This document shows, in pieces, positions 1 through 13,815 of a stretch of 64,000 nucleotides of DNA (the stretch's first letter is position 1; each line of letters starts with the position of its first letter). Source of the DNA: the human T2T-CHM13v2.0 reference genome, Homo sapiens; the NCBI RefSeq assembly GCF_009914755.1, contig NC_060927.1, one strand, 5' to 3'. The notes under the pieces are model-generated. The model had not been told where the DNA came from, searched no databases, and saw only the letters and a program-made list of their open reading frames with translations. The position numbers were made by a program, and so were the translations under genes.

Positions 1-114
1 ATTTTTGTCCTTTCTGTTATATGGTATATTAATGGATTGATTTTCAGATGTTAACAAATTTTGTAACCCTGAGATAAATCACACTTAATCATGACCTATA
101 ATCCTGTCTATACA

Positions 115-477
115 TGTATTTGTCCATTTTCTTACTGCTATGAAGAAATACTTGAGACTGGGTAATTTATAAAGAAAAAAGAGATTTAATGGGCTTACAT
201 TTCCACATGGCTGGGGACACCTCACAGTCATGGTGTAAGGTGAAGGAGGAACAAAGGATGCCTTACATGCTGGCAGACAAGACAGTGTGTGCAGGGGAAC
301 TGCCCTTTATAAAACCATCAGATCTCATGAGGCTATTCCCTATCACAAAAACAGCATGGGAAAAAAACACCACCATGATTCAATTACCTCTCACCAGTCC
401 CCTCCCATGACACACGGGGATTATGGGAGCTACAGTTCAAGATGACATTTGGGTGGGAACACAGCCAAAGCACATCA
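115..477 (-). mobile_element. THE1 (MaLR) solo LTR
   Basis: tgtatt...cacatca termini with THE1 internal motifs (gagactgggtaatttataaag, aaaaccatcagatctc). Perfect 5-bp TSD ATACA at 110-114 and 478-482. Confidence 0.95.
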
Positions 478-1344
478 ATACATAACTGGGTTTGATTTAC
501 TTCTTTTTAAATATTTTTTGTGTCTATATTTATAAGGGATAGTCTATTGAAATTTTTTTTTCTTCTGATGTCTTTATCTGGTTTTGGTATATAGGTAATA
601 TTCACCTCACAGAATGATTTTAGAAGCTATCTGAAGGTGTTTTTTCTTGATAGGAAGTTATTTAAATAATATTCCATTTTCTTTACTCATTATAAGCCTA
701 TTCAAAGCATCTATTTCTTACTGAGTCAATTTCATTAGTTTGTGTCTTTATAGGAATTTGTCTATTTCATCTAAGTTTTGGCACACAGTCGGTTATAGCA
801 GTCCCTTAAAACCTTTCAATTTCTGAAAGGTTTGTAGTAATATTTTTTAATTCCTGATTTTAGTAATTTATTTCTTCTATTTCACTTACTCCAGCAAAAG
901 TCTGTCAGTTTTGTTGATCTTTGCAATGAACTGACTTTTGGCTCTGTTTTTTCTATTGAGTTTTTAATCTCTCTTTCATTCATTAATACTCTTACCTGCT
1001 TGGTTTGAATATTATTTCCAATTCTCTTCTCTAGTTTCTTAATGTGGAAGGGTAGAAAATAATTGATTTGTGATCACTCTTCTTTCTTACTATGAGTCTA
1101 TAGCTATAAATTTCCCTCTGATCACTTGGTTAGCTACATGGCATAACTTTAATGTTTCATATCTTCCTTTGAGCCACTGGTTATTTAGTAGTATGCTGCT
1201 AAATTTCCACATATTCATGAATTTACAAATTACCTTTTGTTATTTATTTCACATTAATTCCATATTGACCAGAGAACATGTACTACATGATTTTAATTTT
1301 TTTAAATTTATTTATTAATTTTTGTGGTCTAGCATATGCCTTAT

Positions 1345-1997
1345 TGTATTAGTCCATTCTCAGGCTGCTATGAAGAAATACCTGCAACTGGGCAATTTAT
1401 AAAGAAGAGTTTTAATTGGCTCACAGTTTCACATGGCTGGAGAGGCCTCAGGAAGCTTACAGTTATGGCAGAATGCACCTCTTCACAGGATGGCAGGAGA
1501 CAGAAATGTAGACTGAAGGGAGGAAAAGCCCCTTATAAAACTGGCCAGATATGGTGGCTCACACCTGTAATCCCAGCACCTTAGGAGGATGAGGCAGGCA
1601 AATCACTTGAGCTCAAGAGTTAAAGACCAGCCTGGCCAACATTGGGAAACCCAGTCTCTACTAAAAATACAAAAAATTAGCTGGGTGTGGTGGCTCATGC
1701 CTGTGGTTCCAGCTACTCAGGAGACAGAGGCAGGAGAATTGCTTGAACCTGGGACACGGAGGTTGCAGTGAGCCTAGATCATGCCTGTGTACTCCAGCCT
1801 GTGTGACAGAATGAGACTCTGTCTCAAAAAACAAAAACAAAAACTATCAGATCTTGTGAGAACTCACTCACTATCATGAGAACAGTATGGGGAAACTGCC
1901 CTCATGATCTAATCACTTCACATGAAGTCCCTCCCAAACACGTGGGGATAGCAATTCAAGACGAAATTTTGAGTGGGGACACAGCCAAACCATATCC
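1345..1997 (-). mobile_element. THE1C/D-like (MaLR) solo LTR, split by an Alu
   Basis: tgtattagtccattct...ccaaaccatatc. TSD CTTAT/CCTAT (1340-1344, 1998-2002). Confidence 0.9.
1543..1839 (+). mobile_element. AluS element inserted in the THE1 LTR
   Basis: Full dimer ggccagatatggtggctcacacctgtaatccc...gtctc with A-rich tail. AAAACT is duplicated on both sides. Confidence 0.95.
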
Positions 1998-2265
1998 CCT
2001 ATCTTGTAAATGTTTTAGGTGTACTTGAGAAAAATATTTATTCTGCTGTTTTTGAGTGGAATATTCTACAGATGTCTATTAGGTCTAGTTGTTTTATATT
2101 TGTGTTCAAGTATTTCATTTCCTTGTTATTCTTGTACATAGTTGTCCTATCCATTATTGAAAGTAAAGTATTAAGGTATTCAATTTTTATTGTTGAATTG
2201 CCATTTTCCCTTTAATTCTCTTAGATTATGTTTCATGTATTTGGGAGCTCTCCTGTTAAGTGTAT

Positions 2266-2620
2266 TGTATTAATCCATTCTCACACTGGATAAAGAACTG
2301 CCTGAGACTAGGTAATTTATAAAGAAAAGAGGCATAATTGACTTATGGTTCCACATGGCTGGGGACACCTCAGGAAACTTAAAATCATGGCAGAAGGCAC
2401 CTCTTCACAGGGTAGCAGGAGAGAGGAGTGAGCAAGAAAGGAACTATCAAACAATTATAAAACTACCAGATCTCATGAGAAGTCACTCACTGTCATGAAA
2501 ACAGCACAGGGGGAATCACCCTCATGATCCAATCACCTCCCACCAGGTCTCTCTCTTCCCACCTGGGGATTACAATTCCGAATGAGATTGGGGTGGGGGT
2601 CACAAAGCCTAATCATATGA
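2266..2620 (-). mobile_element. THE1D/MSTA-like (MaLR) solo LTR
   Basis: tgtattaatccattctcac...cctaatcatatga. TSD TGTAT/CGTAT (2261-2265, 2621-2625). Confidence 0.9.
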
Positions 2621-5600
2621 CGTATACATAATTACAATTGCTATATCTTCTTGATAGATTGTTTATTATTTTTGAATGTCCTCCTTTTTCTTTAGTAACA
2701 ATGTTTTTGTTAACATCTATGTATCTGATATTACTATACTTTCTAATGTTTACTGTTTGCATGATCTATCTTTTCCTATTATTTTATTTTAAAACTATTT
2801 GTATGCATTATTTATCTTTTCCCATTATTTTACTTTAAAACTATTTGTATCTTTGAGCCTAAAACATATCTACTGTTGACAGCATATGTTTGGATTTCAT
2901 TAGTTTTTATCTCATACTCTCCCTTTAGATTGTTTAATCTATTCACACTTGTTGTTATTTATATGAATGTGTTTACATTTGCCATTTTTTTTCTGTTTCC
3001 TATATGCCCTTTTTATTCCCCTGTTTCTCCTTTACTGCCTTCCATGTACTAAGTAGAAACTGTCTAGTATAAAATTTTAATTCAATAAATAGTATTTAAT
3101 TATATTTTTTAAATGTTAGTAATTGCCTAAATTACCAAAGTACACTTCAGATGTGTAGTAATTTAATTCCAGTGAAATATAGAAACTTTACTCTTCTATA
3201 GCTCCATTTCATTACTCTTTGTGTGTGCTATTAATGTTATGCATATTACCTCTATATATGTTAGAATACTATGCCCTGAAAAAATGATAAATTATATAAT
3301 CTTATCTCTTTAAGGAAGCTTAGAGAAGAAAGGAAAGCAATCCAATCATGTATTTATGGAGTTTGTTATGTTAATATTAACTTTCGAGTTTACCATTTTT
3401 AATTCTCTTCATTTATTTTTTTGAATTTTAATTATTTTATATCATTTATTTACCCCAATACAGCTTTGTTTCCATCATTGTCCTTTGTGTTGCTATTGTT
3501 AAATATATTTATGTATATGTTGTAAGCCTAGCAATACAATTGTATACATACTGTTTCATAAACTGCTTCTTAAGTTAGTTAAGAGGACAAAACAGAAATA
3601 TTCAACCACACAGTCTTTTATAATTATCAGCATAATTAACATATTGGTACTTTGTTCACTGATGTGAATTCAAATTACTGTCTGGTGTTGCTTACTTTTA
3701 GCTTGAAGAACTTTAAGTATTCTAAGGCAGGTGTGATAACACATTCTATTGGCTTTTGTTTGTCTGGAAAAAAAATTATTTCACCTTAACTGCCACACAT
3801 AATTGGTCAATAGATGTTTACTTTTCAGTACTTTGAAAATGTCATTCCACTGCTTTCTGGCCCCATTGTTTCCGATGAGTAGTCTGCTGTTAATCTTGTT
3901 GGTTTTCCTTTTGTACACGATGCGACATTTTTCTCTTGGTGCTCTCAATATTTTCTTTTTGTCTGTGGCTTCCAATATTTTGATTATAATGTATACAAGC
4001 ATGAACATCTTTGCTTAAGCCCATTGTGTTCATGAAGCTCACACTTTTGTTTGTGAATCTGTGTGCAGCTTGGGAAAGTTTTCAAGTCTTCCCCACATCT
4101 TATTTTCACTGTTTCTGAGTAATTATAGCTTCATGCGTGTGCTCAGAGTTCTCACTCCTGAGGATTGACTTCAATCCCAGGAGAACTCTTTCTGGCTATT
4201 TTTCTTGTTATCTCTGTTAAACTTCTTGTTCCTGGGGCTATTGCACTTGTTCTAATCAGTATTATAAAACTATGATAATCTTGGTTGCTCTCCATTAAGA
4301 TTTGTATTGTTTTTAATAACACTCACAGCCAGTAATTTCTCCATGCTCTGATCCAAAGAAGTCAGTTCCCTGAAATAGCTGTGGAGCTCTTCATCCTTAT
4401 CAGCTGCCTCTTACCCAGGCAAAATTACTGTTTCCACTGAACAGAAGCTGAGGATAAAAACGATGCTCTTCCTCTCCCAGAGTAACATCCCTGCTCTACC
4501 AATGGGCACTGGGGGAAGGTGATAGTCTCTGACATCTTGACTTGCCTTTACATTGTGGAAACTCTTCCCTATGATTAAACTGGGGCAGGGACAGTCACGT
4601 GTCTAGTATCCATTGCCTGCTGTGTTTGGAGTGGAGTTTCCTCACTATAAGTCGGAGGTGGATGATAGAAGGGAATTTCAATTCTCTTGATCACACCAAA
4701 CAGAAACAGAACTCCTGCAACTTCTATAGAGCAAATAAGAAACTCTGGTGTCATGCCCCTTCTAAATTGAAACCATAGCCCTAGTGGGTACTGGTGGGTA
4801 GAGAGCCCTGTCTTCTTTATATAGGGTGCTTTACTCTGCACCCATTCAGAGTAAAGCATCCTACTTAAAGTTCCATAAATCAGAGCTGGGAGGGGGATAA
4901 AAGAGCAGACTATGGCTCAAGAGCCACAGTCTCTTACACTTCTTAACAAGATTTAGTAAATTTTCTTGAATAAATATTTCACTTGCTGCACTCCCTTAGG
5001 ACAATTACAAGAAACTTTAAATAATTGTATTTTTTAAATAATTTCCTCCAGTCAAATAATTGTATTGTTGGGAAAAGAGTTCTTGGCACTCTTCATGCCA
5101 TCACTTCAGAATCCCTTTGGGCGATTTTTGCCAGACTTTATTTCTAATCTAAATACTCAAAGATGTTCTGAATTTCTCATATTTTTTGAGGGGGGATTTG
5201 GGGGAGCATAAATCTAATCAAATGTAGCACAATGATATTAGCATTTATAGGGCAATATTTATATTTAAGATTCAGGGCATTTTGTCAGCATGGATTAGCT
5301 TGAAGTATTTAGTTGTATTTATTAATAAAACTTCCATTATATCGTTCTGAGAAAAGATAAACTTTGCTTCTAAAGAACAGTTGGTTTTTGTCTAGACCAT
5401 TTGGTAAGGAATATTTAGTGACAGTACTGTTGGATGACTGCTGAGAAAATTGTCTTTAGAACCTTGGAGGAGTTCTGTATATGAATCCAGAAAGTATTCT
5501 CATTAAATAAAATGAAACATTTTTACTTCCTTTAAAATCCTCCACCATTATCATTTATTGATGAGATGCTATGATTTTTAGTAGTATCTTAGATAGCGCT

Positions 5601-6644
5601 ACGATTCTTCTTCACCAGTTTTTACTACAGAATTTGTTTTTTTATATTGCTTGCATTTAAATCTTTTTAAAAGACCATGACTAATATAAGTGGCATTCAA
5701 CATTTTATATACTTTAATTTTCAATATTTTTAAAATTTATACTGACATTTGTATTAGAAAACATTGGTTACTGATATCAAAGGTAGATTATGAATACAAA
5801 TGTGCTTTTTTCTGATTTTAATGAAAATTTTCTGGGTTGGAAATTAGAAAAATAAGCTCTGGAAAAAAGTGTAGCATAATTTTTTAGATAATCCTCAGAC
5901 TCATTTTAGGCAAAAATTGTACCATCAAGAGTGCTTGTATGTGGCTACTCTTAATGTTGTATAACATGATATGTAGATACCCTATATGGCTGGTGCTGTT
6001 TGTACTGAAGGAATGGCAGCAACTGAATTTGTTTTTAGCTGAGTTCAATGAAAATTTCCATTTGCATCATTAAGTTCCTGTCTGAGAAAATTAAAAATTT
6101 TAAATGACTGCAAGGCACATCTTACATATAAGAATACATTTGGTCATCCCAGTAGCAGTTGGAAATGCATATTTCATTTGACAGCATTTGCAAAATCCTT
6201 TTATCACCTCAAAATAACTTGTAGAATGTACAGACTTCCAAGTGGTAAAAATTGGTCTCACAATTTTTTGTCAAAGTATAATTTTGTTTATAATAAAAAA
6301 TAAAGCTATAGGCAGTATTGATTTAGTGGTTGCCTCTCCTCAGAAGTCATTATAATAATTCTTGTTCCTGCAGTCTTCACCTAACTTTTAAGGTTGGGAG
6401 GGCAATTTTGCCACAAAATTAGAAATTAATAGAAATCCAAATATGAACATAAATAGTGTTATTATTCTAAGAAGTATTGCAGTACAATTTTTTGTGGACT
6501 TATGCTTTCTTATTTCATTTTCCATAATCAATATCTTTATTTACATACACAGAAAAAAATGTTATTTGGTTAAATCATCCTGAAGAGTAATAAAAATCTT
6601 CATGTGACTAGTTTTGTTTCTATCTGTTTTCTCTCATCATAAAA

Positions 6645-6767
6645 CATATATATGTGCATATATAAGTATATACACATATATACGTATATATATACGCATA
6701 TGTACATATATATCTGTATATACTTATATACACATATATATACATATGTGATATATATATATATATA
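6645..6767. repeat. (TA)n/(TATACA)-type degenerate microsatellite
   Basis: Alternating TA/CA/TG run seen directly. Confidence 0.9.
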
Positions 6768-7310
6768 AAACATTTAATCCAATCATCCATAGATAGACAT
6801 TTAGGTTGATTCCACATTCTTGATATTACAAATAATACTGTGATAAACATATGACTGCAGGTATCTTTTTGATATAACAATTTCTTTTCCTTTGGGTAGA
6901 TACCCAGTAATAGGATTGCTGAGTCCAATAGTAGTTCTATTTTCAGTCCTTTGAGAAATCTTTATGCTGATTTCCATAGAGGTTATACTAATTTACTTTC
7001 CCACCAAGAGTATACAATTGTTTCCTTTTCTCCAAATCTTTGTCGACATCTGTTATTTTTTGACAGTTTAGTAATAGCCATAATAGACATTCTGACTAGT
7101 ATAAGATGGTATGGTATCTTATTGTGGTTTTAATTTGCATTTCTCTGATGATTAATGAATTGAACTTTTTTATATGCTTGTTGACCATTTGTATGTCTTC
7201 TTTTGAAAAATATGTCTGTTCATATCATTTGCCCACATTTTAATGGGGTTATTGGTGTGGTTTTTTTTGTTGTTGTTGTTGTTATTGAGTTGTTTGAGTT
7301 TCTTGTAGGT
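6768..7310 (-). mobile_element. L1MA-type 3' fragment (ORF2 end/3'UTR)
   Basis: tttgggtagatacccagtaataggattgctg...; minus translation DSAILLLGIYPKEKK..YQKDTCSHMF is the L1 ORF2 C-terminus. Confidence 0.9.
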
Positions 7311-7457
7311 TCAGTTTAATGTTAACTTTACAACACAGATGTAACTATAAGCCTGGGGGATATTTTTTCCAGGCCAGGAATCTGAAAGGGGACTAGATGT
7401 TTTCTGTTGATAGTTAACCAAGTGTAACACAAGAATATGACCACATATACTTGTTTC

Positions 7458-7512
7458 CAAAAAGAAAGAAAGAAAAAGAAAGAAGAAAGAAAAACGAAAG
7501 AAAGAAAGAAAC
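7458..7512. repeat. (GAAA)n-like purine low-complexity tract
   Basis: aaagaaagaaagaaaaagaaagaagaaag... seen directly. Confidence 0.85.
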
Positions 7513-7649
7513 TCATATAAAATAGCAAAGACAAATCACAATGACTACATCCCAGAAAAGTAGACATAAAAGAAGAAATAAGGTGTCTTGTAACAATACA
7601 TGAGTTTATTTTTCACCGTCTTTTATCCCAAAACTTCAGTGAACCTATG

Positions 7650-8135
7650 TTGCATTCAACCTTAAAACCAAGCTCTTCAGCTGAACATACAACACATTTC
7701 ACAATCTGGTTCCAGTAGTTTCACTGTATTACCCAAGCCTCCCTTGCATTCACACTGTACCCTGGCATATGGGACTACACCCCATATTTCTTACCTTCGT
7801 ACCCTTATTTGTACTGTTCCTTCTACATGAAAACTTATTGGCTGATTAATAAACCACCTGTTTTTCAAGTCCACATTAGATGCAAACTCTTCTCTGAAAT
7901 CTGTACAGTTTGCTTTAATTAATGACATCTCTCTCTCTCTCCTTCAAACTCTCTAAACAGTTTATTTCAAACTTTCATGTTGTAATTTATGTTCTTGCTC
8001 TTTGTATCTTGCCTCCCCACACACGTAATAAATGCTACTTTAGAGAAAGGAAGGGACTCTTACCTGAACCTCTTTACAACCCCGGAAGGATCAATATTAT
8101 CTCTACCATGTAAGGTGTTTCTTCAATAGATAATT
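7650..8135 (+). mobile_element. L2 3'-end fragment (highly decayed)
   Basis: Resembles the L2 3' consensus (tgttccttct..., ttcaagtcc..., gggact...atcccc...caataa). Confidence 0.55.
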
Positions 8136-9274
8136 ACAGAAGAAATTTCAACTCTAGATTCTCTCATTCCAAAATAGTCTTAGATTTTCTTGATCATAAA
8201 TTTGTGTAAAGGAAAATTGCATTATCTTTAAGTGAGTGCAATTCTATCCCCAGCAAATTCTGGTGGGAGTCATGAAGTCTGTTGCTAGGGAAATTGTTAA
8301 CAAAATTTAGAACAGAAAGGCCCAGTGGGGAGAGTTTGCTGATGTCTTCCAATAGCCACAGCAATAGTTCTTTTTTTTTTTTCCTTTGGTCCCTTGTAGA
8401 CAGAAGTATTGTGGAGTAGAGAAAGGAAAAATCACCACTATGTAAGATCCCAAACTGAGAATATTTGCCCCTACCACCACCTGAGCCAAGGGAGGCAGGT
8501 GCACCTTCTTTGGTGCAGAAGGGGAGGCTGGGGCTTATCTGACAGAAAGAAACTTCCGAAAGTGGTCAAGGTGCTGGCCAAGTGGGGGTGTAACTGAGTC
8601 GTGTTCTGTCTCATTTTTATGCCAAGGAAGTGGTTGGTGGGAGGGTGGAGAGAGAGAAAACAGGGCCCTTGTGCAGAAACCAAGGATGCTTCCTTTGGAG
8701 AATAAGAGAATACAAAATGGGCCCACAGTTTTGCCACTTTCTTTACAAGAACCACTCTTACCTCTCCTCCTTTCTGAGATTTCAGTACATACAAGAGTGG
8801 GACTGTGGTGTCCAATCTGTCTGTATTATGTCACTCTTGTAATGCTCTCTCTTGGATTTTCTTAGTCTTTTTAGTCAGATATTGCTCTAATACAGATTTT
8901 ATTCCACCTGCTTCACATCCAAGGTAAACTGGTAGGGTGGACATCAGAGAGGGTCAGTAATTATATGACCATAAGGAGGGTAGTGCCTGAATGTAGCCAG
9001 GAGGACAGGGTGAGGTGCCCTTTTTAACTGGAGAACTTAGCGTACATCCCTTTAGTGAGTATGACACCCAGTGGGCATAGGCAGAAGGTTGGAGGCCACT
9101 AAAAGAGAAGCAATCAGCAACCATATTGAGAAGTTAAGAGCCAGAAGTGGCTCTGTCAAACACTGCAGGCAAAGTGCTGAGCACTTTGCATGGCAAAAAG
9201 GAGCTAAGCAGACTTCTTTTCTCCTTCCTTCTTCTTTGTCATAGACCACATTACTAATAGTCACTTGTTAGGCT

Positions 9275-10090
9275 TCTTTTATCTGGAATATTACAAACGT
9301 ATAGGAAGGTGCATAAAGCATAAAAGTATAACTTAGTGAACTATAGAATAAACACTTGTTTAACTTTTGCCCAAGTCAAGAACTTGAATATTAACAGAAC
9401 TCCAAAAGCCCTCTGCAAGTCCCTTATTAAAAAAAAAACCCTTCCCTCCTCCCTGGAGTTACCTCTATGCTGAATTTTATGAAATCCAATTTCTGCGGTA
9501 TTTATTACATAGCTTTACTACCTAATTGTACACTACTAAAATATAGTTGAATTTTGCCTGTTTTTTGAACTTAATATAAATAGAACAATAAAATATTCAT
9601 TATACTATGTCTGGTCGCTTGGATTCAATATCATATCTTATCATTCACTCATTGTACGTACAGTCAGCTCTCCATATCAGCAGACGTGTATTCAACCAAT
9701 CACAATCACAGATCAAACATATTCAGAAAAATAAAAGTAATAACAATACAACACTATTTTTATGATACGAAACTTAAAAACAATACAGTATAACAACTAT
9801 TTACATAGCATTTGCATTGTATTAGGTATTTTAAGTAACCTAGAGATGATTTAAGTTATAAAGGAAGATGTGCATAGGTTATATGGAAGTAATATGCTAT
9901 TTTATATCAGGTTCTTGAGCATTCATGAATTTTGGTATTCATGGGGGTCCTGGAACCAATTTCCTGCAGATACTAAGCGACAGTTGTACTGTAAGTCATC
10001 ATGTTCAGTGCAGCATGTTGTTTCATGGTATTTCTATATTACAGTTTACTTACAATTCTTAACAGACATTTGGACATCTTTTTCCATTAG
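9275..10090 (-). mobile_element. L1ME 3' fragment, interrupted by MER2
   Basis: cccaagtcaagaac..aatattaacagaactccaaaagccctc and ttttgcctgttttttgaacttaatataaatag are typical of L1ME 3'UTRs. Confidence 0.7.
9661..9986 (-). mobile_element. MER2 (TcMar-Tigger non-autonomous DNA transposon)
   Basis: cagtc...cagttg termini flanked by TA duplications (9659-60, 9987-88). Internal caatacagtataacaactatttacatagc and ggtcctggaaccaat motifs. Confidence 0.9.
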
Positions 10091-10899
10091 TTTTGTAAAG
10101 GGGAACACATAAGGCTGCATATTAATCATCTACTATCCACAAACAGTTTCATGTATTTCTGAATCCAGACCTTCAGTTCTTAAATATCAAAGCTCCATGT
10201 GAGGTGTGTGTGTCTGTGTAAATTAACCTTAAGAACTTTTGTTATACGCCATGTGCAAGATTGGGTATAAAAAAAAAAAGTAGCTATTCCTAAGATTCCT
10301 GTCAAGGCTATGCCATACAACATTACATCCCTAAAACAGGTGTTTCTGGCCTGCATGCATAGATAAAGGTTACAACTTAGGTTACATTTATTTTTTAAGG
10401 ACCTGAACACTAGAGAGGCACGGATTATACCTCAGAACCATTGCTTTTAACACATTGTATAGTAAATATTATTACTTTAAGTTTCACTTCTGTTTCCCAA
10501 ATCTGTTTTAGCATATTTATTTTATGAGTTACCTTTTAGTAAAAAAGTGGATATAGGACTGTCTACTAATGACAAGATAGATGTATGCAGTCTTTCTGGA
10601 GATATTGATGTAACCTCTTCTCTAAGGCGTTATTAAAGAAACTTAGTAAGTACACAAGTAATGTCTCTTGTGAAGGATGCACGACCTAGCTGAGAAGTAA
10701 TGCAAAAGGCAGCGAGCTTAGTTTGGAAAAGAGTCATAATCCCTAAGGATTAATGCTGTGATTAGGTCATTAGAATTTAGTATCAAGGAAGAGCCTGTTT
10801 GTCCCTTCACCTAGATCTAAGGGTGTCAATTGCTTAGTGAGCTCCTTAGTTCAGTGTATACTTACAACAACAGATATTTATGCTTTGGACTTCAGCATT

Positions 10900-11290
10900 A
10901 TAGTCAGAAGATTTTCTGTTGCAGGTGAGAAACTCTACTTCAAAATATTTGAAGCAAACAATGAAATGTAGTACTATATATTAAGGGGAATCCCAGGGGT
11001 GGCCCCAACTGATCCAGAATTGGCCTCACACTAACCCAAAGCCTCAAATGGGGTTCTGGTAATACTCCCTTCTTATCTTGCTCCCTTGCTTTCTGGCTTT
11101 CTGCTTCTCCTTCTAATTCTCTTAGATTTTCTCCTTTTGTGCACTGATTTTCTCCACATGACAGAAAAGTGACTAAAAGACACCCTAAGCTATATCTTCA
11201 CATCCAACAGAAAAGCCCCAGGGAGGGCTCTGACTGGCCCAGCTTGGGGCCCACTTTCCACTGCAGTAGCCAGAGTACAACCACAAAATT
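10900..11290 (-). mobile_element. Old MLT1 (MaLR) LTR fragment
   Basis: ttgcaggtgagaaac..., agggctctgactggcccagcttggg motifs typical of MLT1J/K/L. Confidence 0.55.
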
Positions 11291-11329
11291 ATTAGCTCTT
11301 CTATAAATGGGAAAAAAAACACAAGAGTA

Positions 11330-11999
11330 TGCAGTAAAGAATGCAATCTTGACCAAAAAAAAAAGTCTAGCTTTTGCCTTCAGCTTCAGAGAGGTAATCT
11401 CTAAGCCCTTGGATGGAATGTTATGCCCAAAACGAGTGTCTCTATTTGCTGGGGGCCTTGGGTCAGCAAGAGAGTAACAATGTGATTTAAGGTGAGGATC
11501 CAAGCCACATTAATAATGTGATGTGGGTTGGGTACCTTTGGTCACACAACTTGACCTCCTAAGGGGCTAGAAACAGGTCTGCCATGTAATAGCAAACCAC
11601 ATTTTACATGATGGAACCCCAATAAGGACCTAAACACCAAGGCTCAGGAAAGCATCTCTGGTTGGCAAAACTCTCTGTGTATTCCCACACTTTGATACCA
11701 GTAATGTAACTCTGTCCTTACTCCACAAGGAGAAGATAATTGGAAGCTCAGTTTTAGGTACTATTTCTAGACTCTATGCATTTCATTATTTCATATAAAA
11801 TCAGTTGGCCAATTTTAATCTGTATTCTTCCCCTGTAATAAACTGTAACTGTGAGTATAATAGCTTTCAATGAGTTCTGTGGGACTTTCAAAGGAATTAC
11901 TGAAACCAAGTATGGTTTGATAACTCCCTGCATCCCAAACTTGCAATTGGTGACAGAAGTGAGGATGATCCTATGAGCTACTTTCCCTCTAACTTCACA
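11330..11999 (+). mobile_element. ERV solo LTR, MER21/LTR47-like
   Basis: tgcagtaaagaat...ctaacttcaca (TG...CA ends). gaggtaatctctaagccctt, aataaactgtaactgtgagtataatagc and tgagttctgtg motifs of the MER21 group. Confidence 0.75.
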
Positions 12000-13339
12000 T
12001 TTGGAAAAACTCTCTCAGAAAAAAAGTATGAGTGAAATGTTCTGGGTAGTCAAGCACTATAATTAACATATAGAAACTGCCCCCCAACAAAGTTTATAAA
12101 GATTGTCCTCTAAATCCTTCACCTTAGAAATACCCCAAATTCACACCATTAGTGGGAGGTAGAGGTACTCACATTTTCTAGACCCCAAAATCCTGCAAAA
12201 TGTTTGGGAAAGAGCTACACTTTTCTGAACAGAGATCTTAGCCTTAGATAAAATTGGAGAGAGATAAAATACTAACTTGATTAGTTAAAATGCCTGGGGG
12301 TATAAGCAGATGAGATACTGATCAGATATTTATTAATAAAGATTAATTAAGGAAGAGGAATTAAAAACACATGTTCATATTTTCTAATTTATCATTCACT
12401 TCTGACTTTCCCTTATGTAACTGTTATTATATTCAAAAAATTCAAAATCATCATTCCAGTGAAATATTACAATAAAAAATATGCAAATGCTTTCATTTGT
12501 GGAAATTCATATAGGAAAATAGAATCTGGAAGCTAATCTTCTCTTTAATAAGCAAGCTGATAAAGGCTTCATGCTTACAAATAAACCCAAACAGCACTAT
12601 TAGGCACAAAAATCTGAATGCAAGGAATAGTAAGGACCTTTGTACTCCGAACAACATGGTAGGAAATTGCAGCACACACAGAGAAAAGGCTGATTACAGT
12701 TTAGAACAATGGAAGAAGAAAGAAAGGGATCCCCACAGAACCAATCACTATTCTCTTAAATTTTCTTGTTAAGGGTTATTACTTTAGTGAAGAAACACTA
12801 AAATTTGATAACAACTCTCTGCTATAAATTATTTACAATTGCTCGGATTATCTGTGTAGTAAAATATATGTATTCTCATTTCATGGGGTGGTCCTTCATA
12901 AAGTTTTCAGTTAAATAATTTTTCTAGTATTACTGTATATAGTACAGTATTTGTTCAGCTCCAAAATGCATGTTTTCTTTTTACAGTTTAACATTATAAT
13001 GGTAATCTCCTTCCTGATTTGATTTTTTTTTCTGAAAAGCTGTTATCCACCCAGTGGTTTCTATTATAGTCAATGGCATTTTACAAGGAAATATTTATAG
13101 TGAGTCAGGTCCAGGAAGTAGAACACTATGTAAGTCTACATCTAATTACACCTGATAGAATGCTGTCTTAACAAAACATATTAATATCTGGGAGTACTAT
13201 TTATTACAGAAAACAATTTAAATGAATAAGCAATATTATTTTCTAAAATCTTGAGTGTTGGTGTTTAAAACACCAAATTTTAAACTCCTTAAGTTCAGTA
13301 ATTATAATGTTGCTTGTCTTACTCTGTGTTTTCTTGCAG

Positions 13340-13815
13340 TTTCATTGATTCCCATGACTTCAACTCCCACTATAGGTAGTAATGATTACCAAATCATGAC
13401 TTTCTGGCCCAGAAATCTTTTCTGAGATTCAGAGCTATATATACAATTTTCTATCATACATTTTGTTCGTCCACTTACAAATTTTTAAAAATAATCTACT
13501 GCGTCCTATAGCAAATCAAACTTTCAGCTAAAACTAACAATGTATTTTTTAAAGAAAACGTCCAGCTCTCTTTATTCTCTACTCTGACTAATTTACCAAG
13601 AGTTAGAGTTAGATAAAATAGAGGAAGCTATTACTAATCCTTGAAGAAGCTCAAACAATTTTCCCAGTCATTTCAGAATAAGATGAGTCTGTCACCTTAG
13701 GATACCATATATTCATCCTGTCTTCTCTATCTTTATTGCCTCTACCTTGTTTAAGGTTCTCATCATCACTCTTATGGACAATGGTAGTCACTCCCTGACT
13801 GGTCTACCTGATCTT
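13340..13815 (+). mobile_element. L2 fragments
   Basis: tcccatgacttcaactcccactat...ccaaatc and catcatcactcttatggacaat...ctgactggtct resemble the L2 ORF2 3' region. Confidence 0.5.

Larger units (their letters stand above)
1..5118 (-). mobile_element. Ancient L1 (L1M, probably L1MC/MD type): decayed ORF2 5' part, ORF1 remnant and 5'UTR, interrupted by three MaLR LTRs
   Basis: T-rich antisense L1 ORF2-like sequence from base 1. The minus ORF 3781-4008 (IIKILEATDKKKILRAPREK...GARKQWNDIFKVLK) matches the L1 ORF1p C-terminal region. L1M-like 5' end near 5100; that boundary is approximate. Confidence 0.85.

Noticed and set aside
8064-8120. Minus-strand exon candidate with strong donor CAG|gtaaga
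   Set aside because: It lies inside a decayed L2 3' end and has only a weak acceptor (attgaag).
10228-10350. Hydrophobic minus-strand segment ARNTCFRDVMLYGIALTGILGIATFFFY as a membrane-protein exon
   Set aside because: Weak donor (AAG|gttaat), the hydrophobicity is partly due to a mononucleotide run, and its phase does not fit the neighbouring candidates.
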